A stretch of DNA of 64,000 bases from Octopus vulgaris (Eukaryota): NCBI GenBank assembly GCA_951406725.2, contig OX597815.1, positions 150,164,001 through 150,228,000 on the forward strand, read 5' to 3'. The notes beneath the pieces were generated by a model. The model worked only from the letters and a program-made list of their open reading frames with translations, was not told the DNA's origin and did not search any database. Positions 1-13,259 of this stretch are shown here, in pieces. The position numbers and the translations under genes were made by a program. Position 1 is the first letter of the stretch, and each line of letters opens with the position of its first letter.

Positions 1-34
1 GTAAAGAAGATATGAATAAATCTATATTTAAATA

Positions 35-235
35 TTCTTCTAATTTTGGCTCAAGGTCAGCAATTTTGAAGATGGGGATCAGTCACATCGACTCTAGTGC
101 TCAGCCGGAGTAGATGTAATCAGAAATGCTGAAAATCAAAGTCGACCTCAGCAACCGCTTAACTGAGAACCTAGGGAACCGGAAGAGATGCCGCTAAGCA
201 ATTTGTTCGGTGCAGTAAGGATTTCCGCAGCTCAT
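35..235 (-). mobile_element. Degenerate Nin/Deu-domain tRNA-SINE
   Basis: Reverse complement resembles the better-preserved copies at 16851 and 58552 (aaagtcgacctc, ccgctaagca, tail ttttggctcaagg). Confidence 0.55.
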
Positions 236-1361
236 TAAACAACAAAAGAAAAGAATAAATTCGAAAAGTAAGATGCCGTGATTCGACGGATGATTGAAAT
301 GAAGGGGAAAAACAGGTGGGAATATAAAAATGAATAAAATAAAACCTAATCCTGCGCAATTAGATTTTTTTTCTGAATAAGTCATTTCAGTAAAAACAGG
401 ATGTCACATAGTTAAAAGGAACTACGATAAATACCAATACACCCAAAAATGCCTGGGCCGTACACAGCTGAAACGAACTGAAAGCAACAATTAAGATGAG
501 GTCACGACTAATATATAATTTTAGATTTAGTAAGTGTTTTCAATCTGTCATGAAAGAATAGGTTAAAATGTTAAAAAGCAATGAAACTGAAAATGGGAGT
601 ACAGTAAATGTTTGAGGTTAAAGATGCGTAGCTAATACGTATTTCTAATTTTGGACTTGGTAACTTGATAAATAGTGAAAAAAAGAGCATAAAATAGAGA
701 GGGTACAAACCAGGTTTCATTTATGTGCGTATGGATACGGGCGATATTTATGAGGACATGATTGGGTTAAGTCAAGTTTAGATAATTAACAATATGTTTT
801 AAATGTATTATTAAATCTAGAAGAGAGCTGAAATTTAATATACAAAATAGATATTTTTAGAAAATAATGATAAATTAATTAGTATTTCGTTGCAATGCGT
901 TAAGTAAGACATTGTTTTCAATTTGTTGTTTGTACGTAAACTAAATAAAGTTTACAATAAGTGTTATGAGTTAAGGGTTAGGCTGTAGGGGTAGGTTTGA
1001 GTCGAAAAACATTAGATATTAATGTTTGGTGGGATGATGAATTTATTAAGTTAGTAAAATAGATGAGAATGTACGAGTTATTTCTCGGTCTGTAGAACAG
1101 CTAAGTATTATATTAATGTTTGTTTGTATGTATACTCATATATAAAAGATGCCAAACATTAAATTGAAGTATTATAGAGTAATATATTCGTGTTTCATAG
1201 CCAAGGAAAGGGTTGGTAATTACATCGAAATTTCATCACACTGTTTTATGAAGACTTCTGAGACGAAATGTCGAAGTAAGTAATAGCACTTGCCTTGTAA
1301 AATTATATTTTTTTTTTTTTTTAAATACAGAATTCAATTTTCCCATCTTTCAATTCAATAC

Positions 1362-1735
1362 GTTGGTGTGTCTGGGCAGAGTCATTCTCTTTCAGTGCCT
1401 TGTTATTTAACACACTCACCGGTTCAATTTCGACCCATTTACTTATTTATTTTTCCTAAAATTTTCGTTGTGCCTTGCAACTGTTTTAATGGTCGTTGAC
1501 TGCTCGTTATCCGAGCAGTCCGTTATCCGATAAAGGACAGAGTCAACGACTATTGAAAAGTTTGCAAGACACAACGAAAATTTTATAACAAAATAAATAA
1601 GTAAATGAGTGGAAGCTGAACTGGTGAGTGTGTTAAATAATAAGGCACTAAAAAGATTCTCCCCAGGCACAACAAAGTATGCTTCTACACAGAAACTCAC
1701 ATAAAGAATCTTACAAACCAAATCCAAGAACGAAA
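1362..1735. mobile_element. Fold-back non-coding repeat (family F3), Penelope-pLTR-like
   Basis: Inverted arms ~1362-1501 and ~1541-1673; the right arm continues unpaired to ~1735. The same sequence recurs at 18372-18582 and 19311-19513. Confidence 0.7.
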
Positions 1736-1947
1736 TTTAATACTTGAAACTTTTTCATATAACTCTACATAGAGAGCAACAATGCTAAAGTAATAATGAT
1801 AATTATGATTAGGAGATAGTACATATGTCATATACATACATCTGCGTATATGCATGAGTATGTGCGTGCATGTGTGTAAGAAAGAGAGAAAGAGAGAGGG
1901 TAAAGAATATATATATATATACCCTCACCGTCTCCATTTCAATCTCT

Positions 1948-1983
<36 letters not shown>

Positions 1984-2229
1984 CTCTCTCTCTCCCTTAC
2001 ATCTTACACATATACACACTTTAAATATTTAGCTGCTTATTTTTCGTTTCCTTTCCGCGAGCAGGACATGCATAGCTGTCGTGTATGATCTGTTAAAATA
2101 TGCCATGATTTCACTAATTGGTTGTAGGTATTGATATAGTCTCGAGAAAACATAGAAAGGTTCCTGACCCTTCTACACTTGAGCCAACAGAAAATTGAGG
2201 ATGTAACAGCTGGAAAGAGAACAGTAGCA

Positions 2230-2500
2230 CCAGCGCTTGACTGATATCCATTTTCACCACAACAGACCGGAGCACTATGAACTGAAGTACCTTGCTCAAC
2301 GATACAAAATACCTTCAGTTCAAAGAATAAAATCGATGTTGTGACAGTTGAATGGAGAAAGGGCAGCGCGAATACTTGGCTAGTACTGATTTTCAGCTCC
2401 ATGGATTGGAGCAGCGTAAAAGTACTTTCCTCAAAGACACAAAACCCCAGCAAGTTCATGAATCAAATCTTATGAAAGGGAGGCCAACACTCTAACCACT
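2230..2500 (-). mobile_element. Very degenerate CORE-type SINE remnants
   Basis: Motifs gtaccttgctcaa / tttcctcaaagacaca and ctctaaccact resemble the CORE and A-box regions of the SINEs at 17353 and 30540. Confidence 0.3.
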
Positions 2501-3877
2501 ATCATCAGGTCACATGACTCATGTAAAACAATCAAAGCCTCCATATCTAGCTTTCTATTTCTCTCTTTCACTCTGCATCTATTTCTATCTCTATCTTTCG
2601 TTCTCTCAATCTAAATTATGACCATTCGTTATTTAGTAGCGATTCATTTCAGCCTATCCCTAAGATTATTCCTCTATATTTTCTAAAGACTTTACTCGCA
2701 AATACCACGATTTGATGCCACAGAATATGCCGTAAACGAGCTCCAAATTAAATACCAATGACGAGACCCCCATCTTCAATATATGCTCGCTGTACCACCT
2801 TATTCTTACGATCACACCTTGATATCGTCCGCCTGTTCCCTAGCTATGTTTCAGCAGATTAATAAACAGAGATAATCAAAGAGTATAATAAATAAGAAAC
2901 TGAATTGAAAATTGAAGTTTTAATTCTATTGAAAAAATATTTATGTCGACGAAGACGAAGCTCCGGCATGTCGAGTGGAGAAATCATAAAGCTGATCTTG
3001 AAATCAAACAAATATTCATGACTAACCGTGATGTATATGGCTATATTTTGTAATAAATTATACTTATAACACAGATATTTCAGCATGCGTTAATGTTTCA
3101 CCAATGCTTTTTTTTAATTCTCTGGTGCGAAGCGATTTACAAGAAAATAAATGAAGGGTGAACAAACTGTTTGAATAATATAAAGTAGTGTATCAACATA
3201 TGTAGATTTGTGAATAGTTTATATGAAGTTTTCTCGTCTAAATAAAGTTTCTGTTATTTATTTATTTCTATCCTTTCTCCCCGTCTGTCTGCTCATAAAA
3301 TGAAAGTGCGTATAGATCTATCTTACTCGTATCGTCCACATAGTCTTCCATAATCTTTCTTATTATCATCGATCCTTGTCATTGTTGTCATCATTGTCAT
3401 CTTCTTCAAGACTAATACCAGTAAACGATGCTATGTACTCCCATAGTTTTCGTTCTAACATAGTAATAAAAACCATAGCTGATGTAAATAAAACAAGGCA
3501 TTATAGAAATTTCTGGCAGAGGCAAGAAGACAGACGTATGTGGGATGATGGGATATAAATAATATGCTGGGATAGGACCGATATAATTACCCCCATTGAA
3601 TCCCCCACTCAAAGAAAAATGTCTTACATTGTAGTTGAGCTTCACTTGTTCATTAATTCACGACGTCGGTGTACGGCGCCGTGACTCCTATCATTGCAAA
3701 GAAAAACAAAAACACTGACCAACGCATGCGCGTGGAAGCAAGCATCTTACAACAGCCTTTTGAATAGAGCAGCGTTGGTTAGTTGTGATGAGGTATATGG
3801 TTCTGAATGTTGTTCTTCTGAAAACATATACGTGACGCAACAAAGTTTGCTTTAGAAGAGTTGAGATGTATTGAAAT

Positions 3878-4010
3878 ATACAGATAAGGAAATAATTTTA
3901 TTCTCAAACGCCTACAGATTTTTCTGCAAAATATGAATAGTTTATCCTGTTCATAATATATTATTATCATTATCCTGCGTTTGAGAATAAAATTATTTCC
4001 TTATCAGTAT
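3878..4010. repeat. 34-bp near-perfect inverted repeat with 65-bp spacer
   Basis: atacagataaggaaataattttattctcaaacgc (3878-3911) versus gcgtttgagaataaaattatttccttatcagtat (3977-4010), one mismatch. Confidence 0.85.
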
Positions 4011-4349
4011 CTTCATATACGTGAGGATTTGAGTGCATAAGGATATGATTGTGGAATAAAGATATTGAATATCTGCATAGAATGACAAGAGAATGATGGT
4101 GTTAGTTTTGTGTAGTAAAAAGTACACAGAAACTGGTAAACAGTATACAATATCGGGCTTCCATCGTTATTTGTCGTAATTTATTCACGTGCACACGTAT
4201 ATGCAACACATTTCACCTTACATTTGCAATCCCGTGCGCTTTGCCGACCCGCTAATTTACGGAGAAACAAACTAAAAACAGTTGTCGAGCGAGACAGAAT
4301 GCGGTCGAACAATAAGTACCAAGAAACTCTCTCTCTCACACACACACAC

Positions 4350-4505
4350 ATGACAGACTTTCGTTTAATAGAATAAGTCACATGCACTAAATGTTCCGGT
4401 GCCATAGAAGAAGACACTTGCCCAAAGCGCCACGCAGTGGAACTCAACCTTAAAGTATGAGTTCGCAAAGTGGGCTTCTTAACCACGCAGCCACGTTTCC
4501 GTCCA
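4350..4505 (-). mobile_element. 5' part (tRNA head + CORE) of CORE-SINE
   Basis: gaagacacttgcccaa-gcgccacgcagtgg...cttaaccacgcagccac matches the head of the full copy at 60418-60828. Confidence 0.75.
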
Positions 4506-5103
4506 TAGCCAAGCCCGCTCCTATAACCATACTTGCTAGTTTTACTTTTAATATAATGCATTGGAGAGAATGGCTGTTTACGCGGCCCTGAACCTCCTTG
4601 TAGACCACAGAATAACACAAGATTATCACATTTGAAACTACTTTGATCATAAATCTACTTGATTACAGCTGAGAAAGAGCTGACCAACAACAAGAACTAA
4701 ATATCTCTAAACTTTATTTTGTCCCCTGGGTTTCATTCTATGCAGGTTATTTCATTTCCCCAAAGCATATAAGTCTTGAATCTTCTCACCAACAATTTAT
4801 ATTTATTGCTCCAATCTCATTCTTAATTTTGCATATAATTTTTATGCTTCTTTCCTTTCAATTTATTTTCTTTTCATAGTTCATCTTCCCCCGTCTCTAT
4901 TCCCTGTTCTTTTTCTCTACCATTCTCTATTCTTCTGGGATTCTTACTCTTGTTATCGTTCTTCTATAAATATCACAAATTATAGATCTCAATGCATTGC
5001 GTATAACTTCGACTTTTTCTCGCCCTTTATATATTTTCTCTTCTTCCTGTTCATCGATTCTCTTATTTCTTTGAATTCATTTCTTGTACTTTGGCAAACA
5101 GCT

Positions 5104-5372
5104 AATTTTAACTAAATTTTCATTTTTTTCTTCCATTCTTTCTCTCTCTCTCTCTCTCTCTTTCAATGTCTCTCTATCTCTATCTCTCTCAGTATATATA
5201 CATATGGATATGTATATGTATGTGTGTTTGTTTAATTTTAACTAAATTTTCATTTCTTGTCTTCTTTCTTTCTTTCTCTCTCTCTCCCTCCCTCTCTCTC
5301 TTTCAATCTCACTCTATCTCTATTTCTCTCAGTATATATACATATAGATATGTATATGTATGTGTGCTTGCG
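5104..5372 (+). repeat. ~130-bp tandem duplication containing CT and TA microsatellites
   Basis: aattttaactaaattttcattt...ctctcagtatatatacatat.gatatgtatatgtatgtgtg occurs twice (starts ~5104 and ~5234). Confidence 0.8.
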
Positions 5373-6689
5373 TGTGTGAGTGTGTAAGTATGAATATATG
5401 TACTTATATATCGTGATTTGGGGTTTTACCTTCGTTAAATTTGTTTTTTATTTCTGAGCTGCAGAAGTGCAGGGACTCAAGGGCTGAGAGTTTCGTACAA
5501 TGCAATTGACCTTTGAAGAGCCCTTTAACCGCTGCCAATTGATTTTTCGTCATTAAATATAGAGGAACTCGTGTTTCGAGTTCTGTTCCGCACCTTTGTT
5601 TTGTTGTTCCTTTTTTTCATTAAACCATTCATATGTGTTTCATGTATGAGTCTGTATGTATGTCTGATTTTACATATGTTCATAGGTTTGCATTTAACTA
5701 TTTGAAATAATGGGTAATGGCCCTGGTGGCAATTGTGAATAAAACTAGATACATTTACTCAGTATCTCCGATAGTTCATAGTTTTAATTCCTCTATTTCT
5801 CTTTTACCTCCCGTACATAATTAGGTCATTATTACAAATACAATTTCACCTTCTACTAACGCCCGCTTCCTTTTTTCTATCACTCCCTTCATGGTTTATT
5901 CCCCCATCTTTGGAAAGCTGAAGTAATTTTCTCTCGTTATCGCTAACGTAAAAATCTTATGTTTATGACAAGTTGTCCCTCCAAAAATTAAACGCATCAT
6001 TATCATGAACAGGGTTTTATCCCTGAGCACTTAGTTTGTGGATTAGCTTGTGCGTATTCCTGCCAGAAGCACCTGTTATACTCCCCTGCTAGCCTTCCTT
6101 TAACTGCAGTTAACGCTTCACATCTAAAAGTTAATTTCATTTCTGCCAGAATATGAAGAAGCTACAAGAGAAAAGTTTATTTTAAAAAATCCAGCAAAGA
6201 AAAACAACTAGAAATATTTAATATAACTTCAGCAAAATATGAAAGCAATTTCTCAGAACCATTACTGAATGTAGCTGTCATAACCAGGCTGTTTTTAAAT
6301 ACCACATTTTATTCCATTTTGTCTAATGAAGCTATGGAGCCCGAATATTGCAGCTAAGAGTGTACATCCCGTTGGCTAAGGTGGTTGACAACTCTAACCT
6401 CACAATATCTTTTCCATATTTTGTAAATAAAAACTCCTTGATATTTATAGTATCTATCTCTATATCACACTCAAGGTATATACACAGATGAAAGGAATGA
6501 TACTGTTGTATTTATGGGAGAGAAAATTGTTTCGTAGACGTGTTGTGTTAAACATATTCACCACAAGTCCTCCGTTAGGATCTTAGAGAGGCAAAACGTT
6601 AGATCTTGGGCCATACATGATTAAAAAGAAGCTACTGAGACAGTTTGTACCGTAACTCAACGGACGCAGACGAGGCAATCACTATTTGG

Positions 6690-6878
6690 CCTCACCATCG
6701 CTTGAGAATAGGTGTTTGTTGGTTTTCATTCCCGTGACGTAGCGGTTCAGCATTAGATACTGATAGAATAATTGTTTGGCTTTACAAAAATGATAAGCTG
6801 TAGGGTCGGTTAGTTTAACAAAAATTCATCAAGGCAGTGCCCCTGGATGGGCGTAGTCTAATGACTGAAACAAGTAAT
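6690..6878 (+). mobile_element. 3' half of CORE-SINE
   Basis: caccatcgcttga...tagcggttc...gatagaataa...atgactgaaacaagtaa matches the 3' half of the 60418-60828 copy. Confidence 0.65.
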
Positions 6879-7652
6879 ATATACATACACAGTATGTGCT
6901 TCCGAGAATCTAATTTATGCTATAATTTGTTCAGGTTGTTACATAACTATACAGGACAGGCAAGTATGATGCTTAGACGTAGAAACACGCCAAGTCACCA
7001 CATCCGCAACAGTCTGTTTCCCACTGTACAGACAGATTCATTTGAGTGAACACAGAGAGAGATGTGCAGGTAATATCCAACCAAACTTCACAGTTTTCCC
7101 ATCTACCTATATAAAGAAACAATTTTTGTATAAGAACCTTTAAATAAAGAAAATTTATTTATCGAAACATACAGAACATGCCTAAATATGAACACATTAT
7201 CAACTTTGATCTCGATATATTTTAATTCATGTTCACATACTCATCAGTACGTTATTTCATCTCACTACTTTAGCTTTTGAGGTTTTGTATATTTATTTAT
7301 CCCTACCCAAAATATGAGCAATTACTTCCCCTCTCCTGAATATTGATCGCCAATTATCTCCCCTTAGATTGTTCTATTTATTGAGGCATTTCATTGACAA
7401 ACATCTATGTACAACATGGCCTAAATTTTCCTTAAAAGAATAAGAAATACAATACTGTCAATGTCATAATTTGCGGAAGCGAAACTGGTCGATAAACAAT
7501 ACTCTTTCAGCTATAAAAATATATATTGGAAAATATAATAAAACTATGTAAACTGTGTGTATTTTCCTTCTTTTAATTTCATATATATTTTTTCTGTATT
7601 ACAACTCACCACGTGGGATAATCAATATTCTCCTCCTCCCTTTTTTTCTTAC

Positions 7653-8128
<476 letters not shown>

Positions 8129-8202
8129 ATATATATTTTGCATAATATATATATATATATATATATCTTCATATATATCGTTTCAAATTATACATATATA
8201 TA

Positions 8203-8395
8203 TATTGAGAATTTACAAAAAAAACAGCAACAAAAGTCGAAGATGGATGTTTAAACAACAAACAGATGTATTAGTTTAACGCTCGGGAAGTGAGAAAATA
8301 TTTTACGTTTCGAGCCTACGGTCTTCGACAGAAAGGAACACAGAAAGAAACAGGTAGAGAAAATAGAAAAAGGTTTAGTGGGTTGCGATCTATCT
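8203..8395 (-). mobile_element. Short repeat with minimal hammerhead-like motif (family F4)
   Basis: Minus strand 8301-8336 reads ccttt CTGTCGA A GACC GTAG GCTC GAAA CG TA aaa. A related copy lies at 49952. Confidence 0.55.
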
Positions 8396-8656
8396 TCCGT
8401 TGAATTAGGAACTTAAACTGAAGCACCTTGCTAGGTCGGTATAACCCGCACACCCAAGCGGTATTAATTGAATATTGAATATAAAGACTCCGTGAAGTGG
8501 TGTTTGTACCTGATATTACTGCTCTGTATTCAGACCTCGCAAACCAGCCAAGGGAAAATATCCGATCAGGGTAATTCAGTGACATACTTTTCATAAAAGT
8601 ACTCTCCATAGTATTTCCGAAGTACAGATTTCAAGTTAGATGAATAAATTATACAC

Positions 8657-9141
8657 GAGTAACAAAGACAGACAGGTGTCAATACATTACGTCCGTTTCA
8701 AGTGGCTCTTTTAATTGATTAATGAAAACATTAAATCATTTGAAGGAAACCGTTCACGTCACATGACCGCATATACTTCAAATATAAAGGACACAGCAAT
8801 TACCTTAACATATTCATATCAATAATGTAACTCAAAATATTTTGTTTGTCTCTTTTGTCATATCTGTGGCATTCTGCAGATTGTCATATCTTATGGCATT
8901 CTGTATTTTGTCATATCTGAGGCAGAATGTCACTGATATGACAAAAGAAACAATGTAAATATTTTAGGCTTCATTATTGATGTGAATACGTTAAGGAAAT
9001 GGTTGTGTTCTTTATGTTTGAAGTCCATGCGGTCATCTGACGTGAACAGTTTCTTTCAACTGATGTAATGTTTTCATTCATCAATTAAAGGAATAGCTTG
9101 AAACAGCCGTAATGTATTGACACCTGTACATTTTGTTACTC
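8657..9141. repeat. Long imperfect inverted repeat (~220-bp arms), MITE- or pLTR-like fold-back
   Basis: gagtaacaaa..acaggtgtcaatacattac.. (8657-8877) versus ..gtaatgtattgacacctgt..ttttgttactc (8922-9141). The spacer holds extra tandem copies of ttgtcatatct..ggcattctg. Confidence 0.85.
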
Positions 9142-9239
9142 ATTTACACACACATATATACATACATATACACACACACACTGTGCTTAGTGCACAAGTT
9201 GCTTAGTGCATAAAAACCCGGAATGCAATAAATTTTATA

Positions 9240-9687
9240 CATAAATATAAGAGAGTAACCACTATGTGGTCGACTCTATCACTAAAAATAGATCCGCTAG
9301 GTTTCAGCCACAAAGAATTGTTTCCGATGAAAGTTTGCACGACTACTAGCGCAAATGGACAGGGTACATAAAAAATAACAAAAATGCAGATTAGTTCAGG
9401 ACAATTGTTTCGCTATTAATAAATTATGTAATTTTACTCACACAACATATTTGTAGCTCTTCAGCCGAACCCGTCCAGAATACAATTTACTCAACCGCAC
9501 GCTAGATTTTACCATAACGATAAACACACGTGCGGTTCAGTCGATTGCATTCGCTGTTATAATTCAAGTGCACCTGCCACAGCCCGCCAAATTTCACGGA
9601 AACAGATACTACATCCAAAATTAAATGTAGTATAATTACAATCAACTAATAAGGGTGGCTGAAACCTAGCGGATCTATTTTTAGTGC
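9240..9687 (-). mobile_element. Hammerhead-bearing element with inverted 32-bp segment (Penelope-like pLTR)
   Basis: Perfect inverted repeat cactaaaaatagatccgctaggtttcagccac (9280-9311) / gtggctgaaacctagcggatctatttttagtg (9656-9687) encloses the HHR at 9394-9470. Left boundary uncertain. Confidence 0.6.
9394..9470 (-). ncRNA. Type I hammerhead ribozyme, canonical core
   Basis: Minus strand: GTTCGG CTGAAGA GCTA...TAGC GAAA CAATTG TC CTGAAC. This gives stem I (6 bp), the CUGANGA box, stem II, GAAA, a palindromic short stem III and a GUC cleavage triplet. Confidence 0.8.
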
Positions 9688-10904
9688 TGTATCTAGGTAG
9701 GGAGGGAGGGAGGTGGGAGTGGGTATATATCGATAGATGTTGGTATTTTGTGTACTTGTAATATCCGACACATTTATACGCGTGTATAGTCTTGTATCAC
9801 AAATCATATCAATATAAATCGTCTGGATTTATTATTATTTCATTATACTACCTTTACTCAGAAACACATACGTATATGTGTGTGTATGTGTGTGTGTGTG
9901 TGTGTGTGCACATACATTTACTAATATATATGTATATATATATATTCAGTAGAATGTTTTTTTGCGTTGGAGAGATATTCTATAATATATTTGAAAATCG
10001 AGATATAAATCTAGATTTTTTTTCTCCTCCTTCAGGCGAATTTAGTTACTTCTAAAACAAATATTGCTTTTAATAACATACAAGTCAGTGACATAGTGTT
10101 CTTAAGGCAGAAGAAAATTATTATTGTACTTTTTTACCTTTTTCTCTTCTCTGCAAATAATATTGCTATTTTCTTCATATTAACTTGAACTATTCTTAAC
10201 ATCAAACACATTACTTTTTCTTTCGTCTCTGCGGTTTCATTTCTAATCTGCAGTTCTCTGATTTTTGTACGGTAATCTACAAAAGAAATTCTACCTTGAT
10301 GAATTTGGTGGCTTGCTGGATTAGTATTTTTTGGTTAGAATTTTTTTCCCTTATTTAATATTTTCCTCTGTGGAAAATTGCTTTCAGAATTTGAAGTAAC
10401 GAAATCGACGGAAATTGGTTTTCATTAATTTACATCGTCAAGATTTTGGATGGGGGGGGGGGATGGTTAGAGCATCGGAAGAAATGCATAAAAAATGACT
10501 CCCAGTCTTTAGTTTCTTAGTTCAAATAGTGCCGAGTTTAACTTTGACTTCCATTATTTTGGTCTCGCTAAAATAAAGTACAATTGAAATCAAGGCGTCT
10601 ATGATAACGATTAAGCTCTTTCCCTCGAACACTGCTGATCTTGCAGCTAAATTCGAAAACGTAATTTCATACTGACAAGGTAGTCGATGGCAGAATCTCA
10701 AGAGAACCGAGGAAAAATGCATTGCAGTATCTATTTCATCTATTTACATTTACAGTTCGAATTGCAACGGTTGGCTTTCACAATTTTCAGCTTGGCTTTC
10801 ACCTTGGGCTTTCATTCTTTCCATCTCCCACAAACACATACTAGATTCGAAGCCATGGACTATAACCTCGTCCTCGAAGCCGCTGTCGGTGAAGCAGTTA
10901 TTTA

Positions 10905-12571
10905 ACATTTCCTTTTTATTTTGACACAGCCAAGCAAATTTTGGGGTCTGGGGAAGTCGATTACTTCAACTCTAGTGCTCAATTCATATTTAATTCATCG
11001 ACCCCAAAAGGACCAAGGGAAAAGTGAAACCTCGGCAGCATTCGAACACACAATATGCAGACGGACAAAATTCCAGTGAGCATTTTGTCTGGCGTGCTAA
11101 CCATTCAGCCAGCTTGCCGCCTTTAGTATTTATTTATATTGTTTTTTTCGTTCGAATTTTGGCACAAACCTAGCAATTGTAGTGGGGGAGTAAGTCAATA
11201 ACATCGACCACAGTATTTAACTGGTAGTTATTTTATTGCCCCCGAAAGATTGTAAGGTAAATCTGACCTCGGTGGAATTTGAACTCCGAAGATGAAGGCG
11301 GACAAAATGCTGCTGTGTTTTTTGTCCGGTGTACAAATGTTTCTGCCATTTTGCAGCCTTAAAAAATCTTTGTAACGTTCTGGACGGTATACAACCTTGG
11401 CTAAGATGCTCAGGATTTCATATGCATGCATCATCACTCACGAGGCTAACATGTTTTCTCTCAAGCAATTATTTAATATTGGTTTCAAATTATGGCATAA
11501 GGCCTGCAATTTTGGGGACAAATTAAGTCGTTTACATCGACCCCAGTGCTCAACTGGTACTTATTTTGTCGATTTCGAAAGGATGAAAGACAAAGTCGAC
11601 CTCGGTAGAATTTGAACTCAGAACGTGAAGACGGACGAAATATCCCTAAGCATTTTGCCAGACGTACAAACGATTCTGGTGCCTCACCGATTCACAGACA
11701 TTTAATATTGGTTTCAAATTTTGGCACAAAGCCAGCAATTTCGGGTGAGGGTGTAAGTTGATTACATTGACCCCGGTGCGTAACTGATACTAATTTCTTC
11801 GACCCCGAAATGATGAACAGAATTCGAATATCTCTGTTAAATCCACGCTCTGTCACTATTAAATAACTGCCTTACAGCTTAATGCTATTAATGCTTAGCG
11901 GCATTTCGTCCGTCTTTACATACTAAGTCCGGCGCGCTAATGATTCTTTACTATTCTAAGCACAAACCCCGAAATTTTGGAGGAGGGATCCAGTCGATTA
12001 GATTGACACCAGTATGCAACTGGTACTTAATTTATTGACCCTGAAAGAATGAAAGGCAAAGTCGACCTCGGCGGAATTTGAACTCAGAACGTAAAGACAA
12101 ACGAAATACCTATTTCTTTACTACCCACAAGGGGCTAAACACAGAGAGGACAAACAAGGACAGACACACGGATTAAGTCGGTTATATCGACCCCAGTGTG
12201 TAACTGGTACTTATTTAATCGACCCCGAAAGGATGAAAGGCAAAGTCGACATCGGCGGAATTTGAACTCAGACGTAAAGACAGACGAAATACCGCAAAGC
12301 ATTTCGCCCAGCGTGCTGACGTTTCTGCAAGCTCGCCGCCTTACATAGTGTAAAATATTCTTTTCTTCTCTAGCGCAAGGTCCGAAATTTTTGAGAAGGG
12401 GGCCAGTCGAATAGATCAACTCCAGTATGCAACTGCTACTTAATTTATGGCCCCCGAAAGGATGAAAGGCAAAGTTGACCTGGACATAATTTGAACTTCA
12501 GAACTTAAAGACAGGCGAAATACCGCTAAACATTTCGCCCGGCGTGCTAATGATTCTGGTAGCTCGGCGTC
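10905..12571 (-). mobile_element. Head-to-tail cluster of ~7 Nin/Deu-domain tRNA-SINEs
   Basis: Copies at ~10908-11122, 11150-11360, 11470-11690, 11701-11820, 11945-12110, 12111-12340 and 12360-12571. The better copies show the B-box gagttcaaattcc and gcctttcatcctttcggggtcgat..agtaccag on the minus strand. The last copy has a 19-bp TSD ttacatagtgtaaaatatt (12341-12359 / 12572-12590). Confidence 0.9.
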
Positions 12572-12709
12572 TTACATAGTGTAAAATATTGTAGCAACAA
12601 TTCTACTGGTGGTGAGTCAACTTTTTCTATTGCTAATGCATCGTTTAGACAACTACAGTAATTGTTATTTGAAACACTTGGCTATTAATGCTATTGTATG
12701 TATGTGTAC

Positions 12710-12747
<38 letters not shown>

Positions 12748-13259
12748 GTGTCGTTGTTCTTAGCAGCACTATGGCCCTTCCCCGCCTCCGTTGCCGCTGT
12801 TGCTGCCCTTGACCCCGACTTTTGGTGCCACTCCTGTACCTCTGTTTGTGTATTCGCCCAAACTGCTACCATCGTGGTAGTTATTGTTCTTGTTCTTGTT
12901 ATTGCTGCTGTTGTTGCTGATATCGCTGTTGGTCATGTTATTGATGTGGCTGTGGCCGTTTGTTAAGTTACTGTATGTGTGTTTGTGTGTGTGTGTATGG
13001 GTTCGCTTCCTATGTTGTTTGTATATGTGCCCTTTATACATGTTTTTTCTAATATCTATTCCTCATATTCATCATAGCTATGTGCATATGTGTCCATTAC
13101 GTGTGTATTACAATGTTTGTAGTATGTTTTCTTTTCCTTTCTGTCTTTAGTCGTCATGTTGTGTAGCGTGGCAGTGGCTATTATTGTTTCATTCGTGTTT
13201 TCTGTTGATGTTCGGTCTATATATTGCTATGTGTGTGGCTTCTGTGATCTGTCAAAGTG

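Noticed and set aside
740-1215. Possible very old CR1-like LINE end on the minus strand
   Set aside because: Only faint motif resemblance; too decayed to support.
10905-12571. Regularly recurring ~220-bp units suggesting a CRISPR array or satellite
   Set aside because: The units are diverged SINEs with different tails and TSDs. There are no short identical repeats with unique spacers and no cas genes, and the context is eukaryotic.
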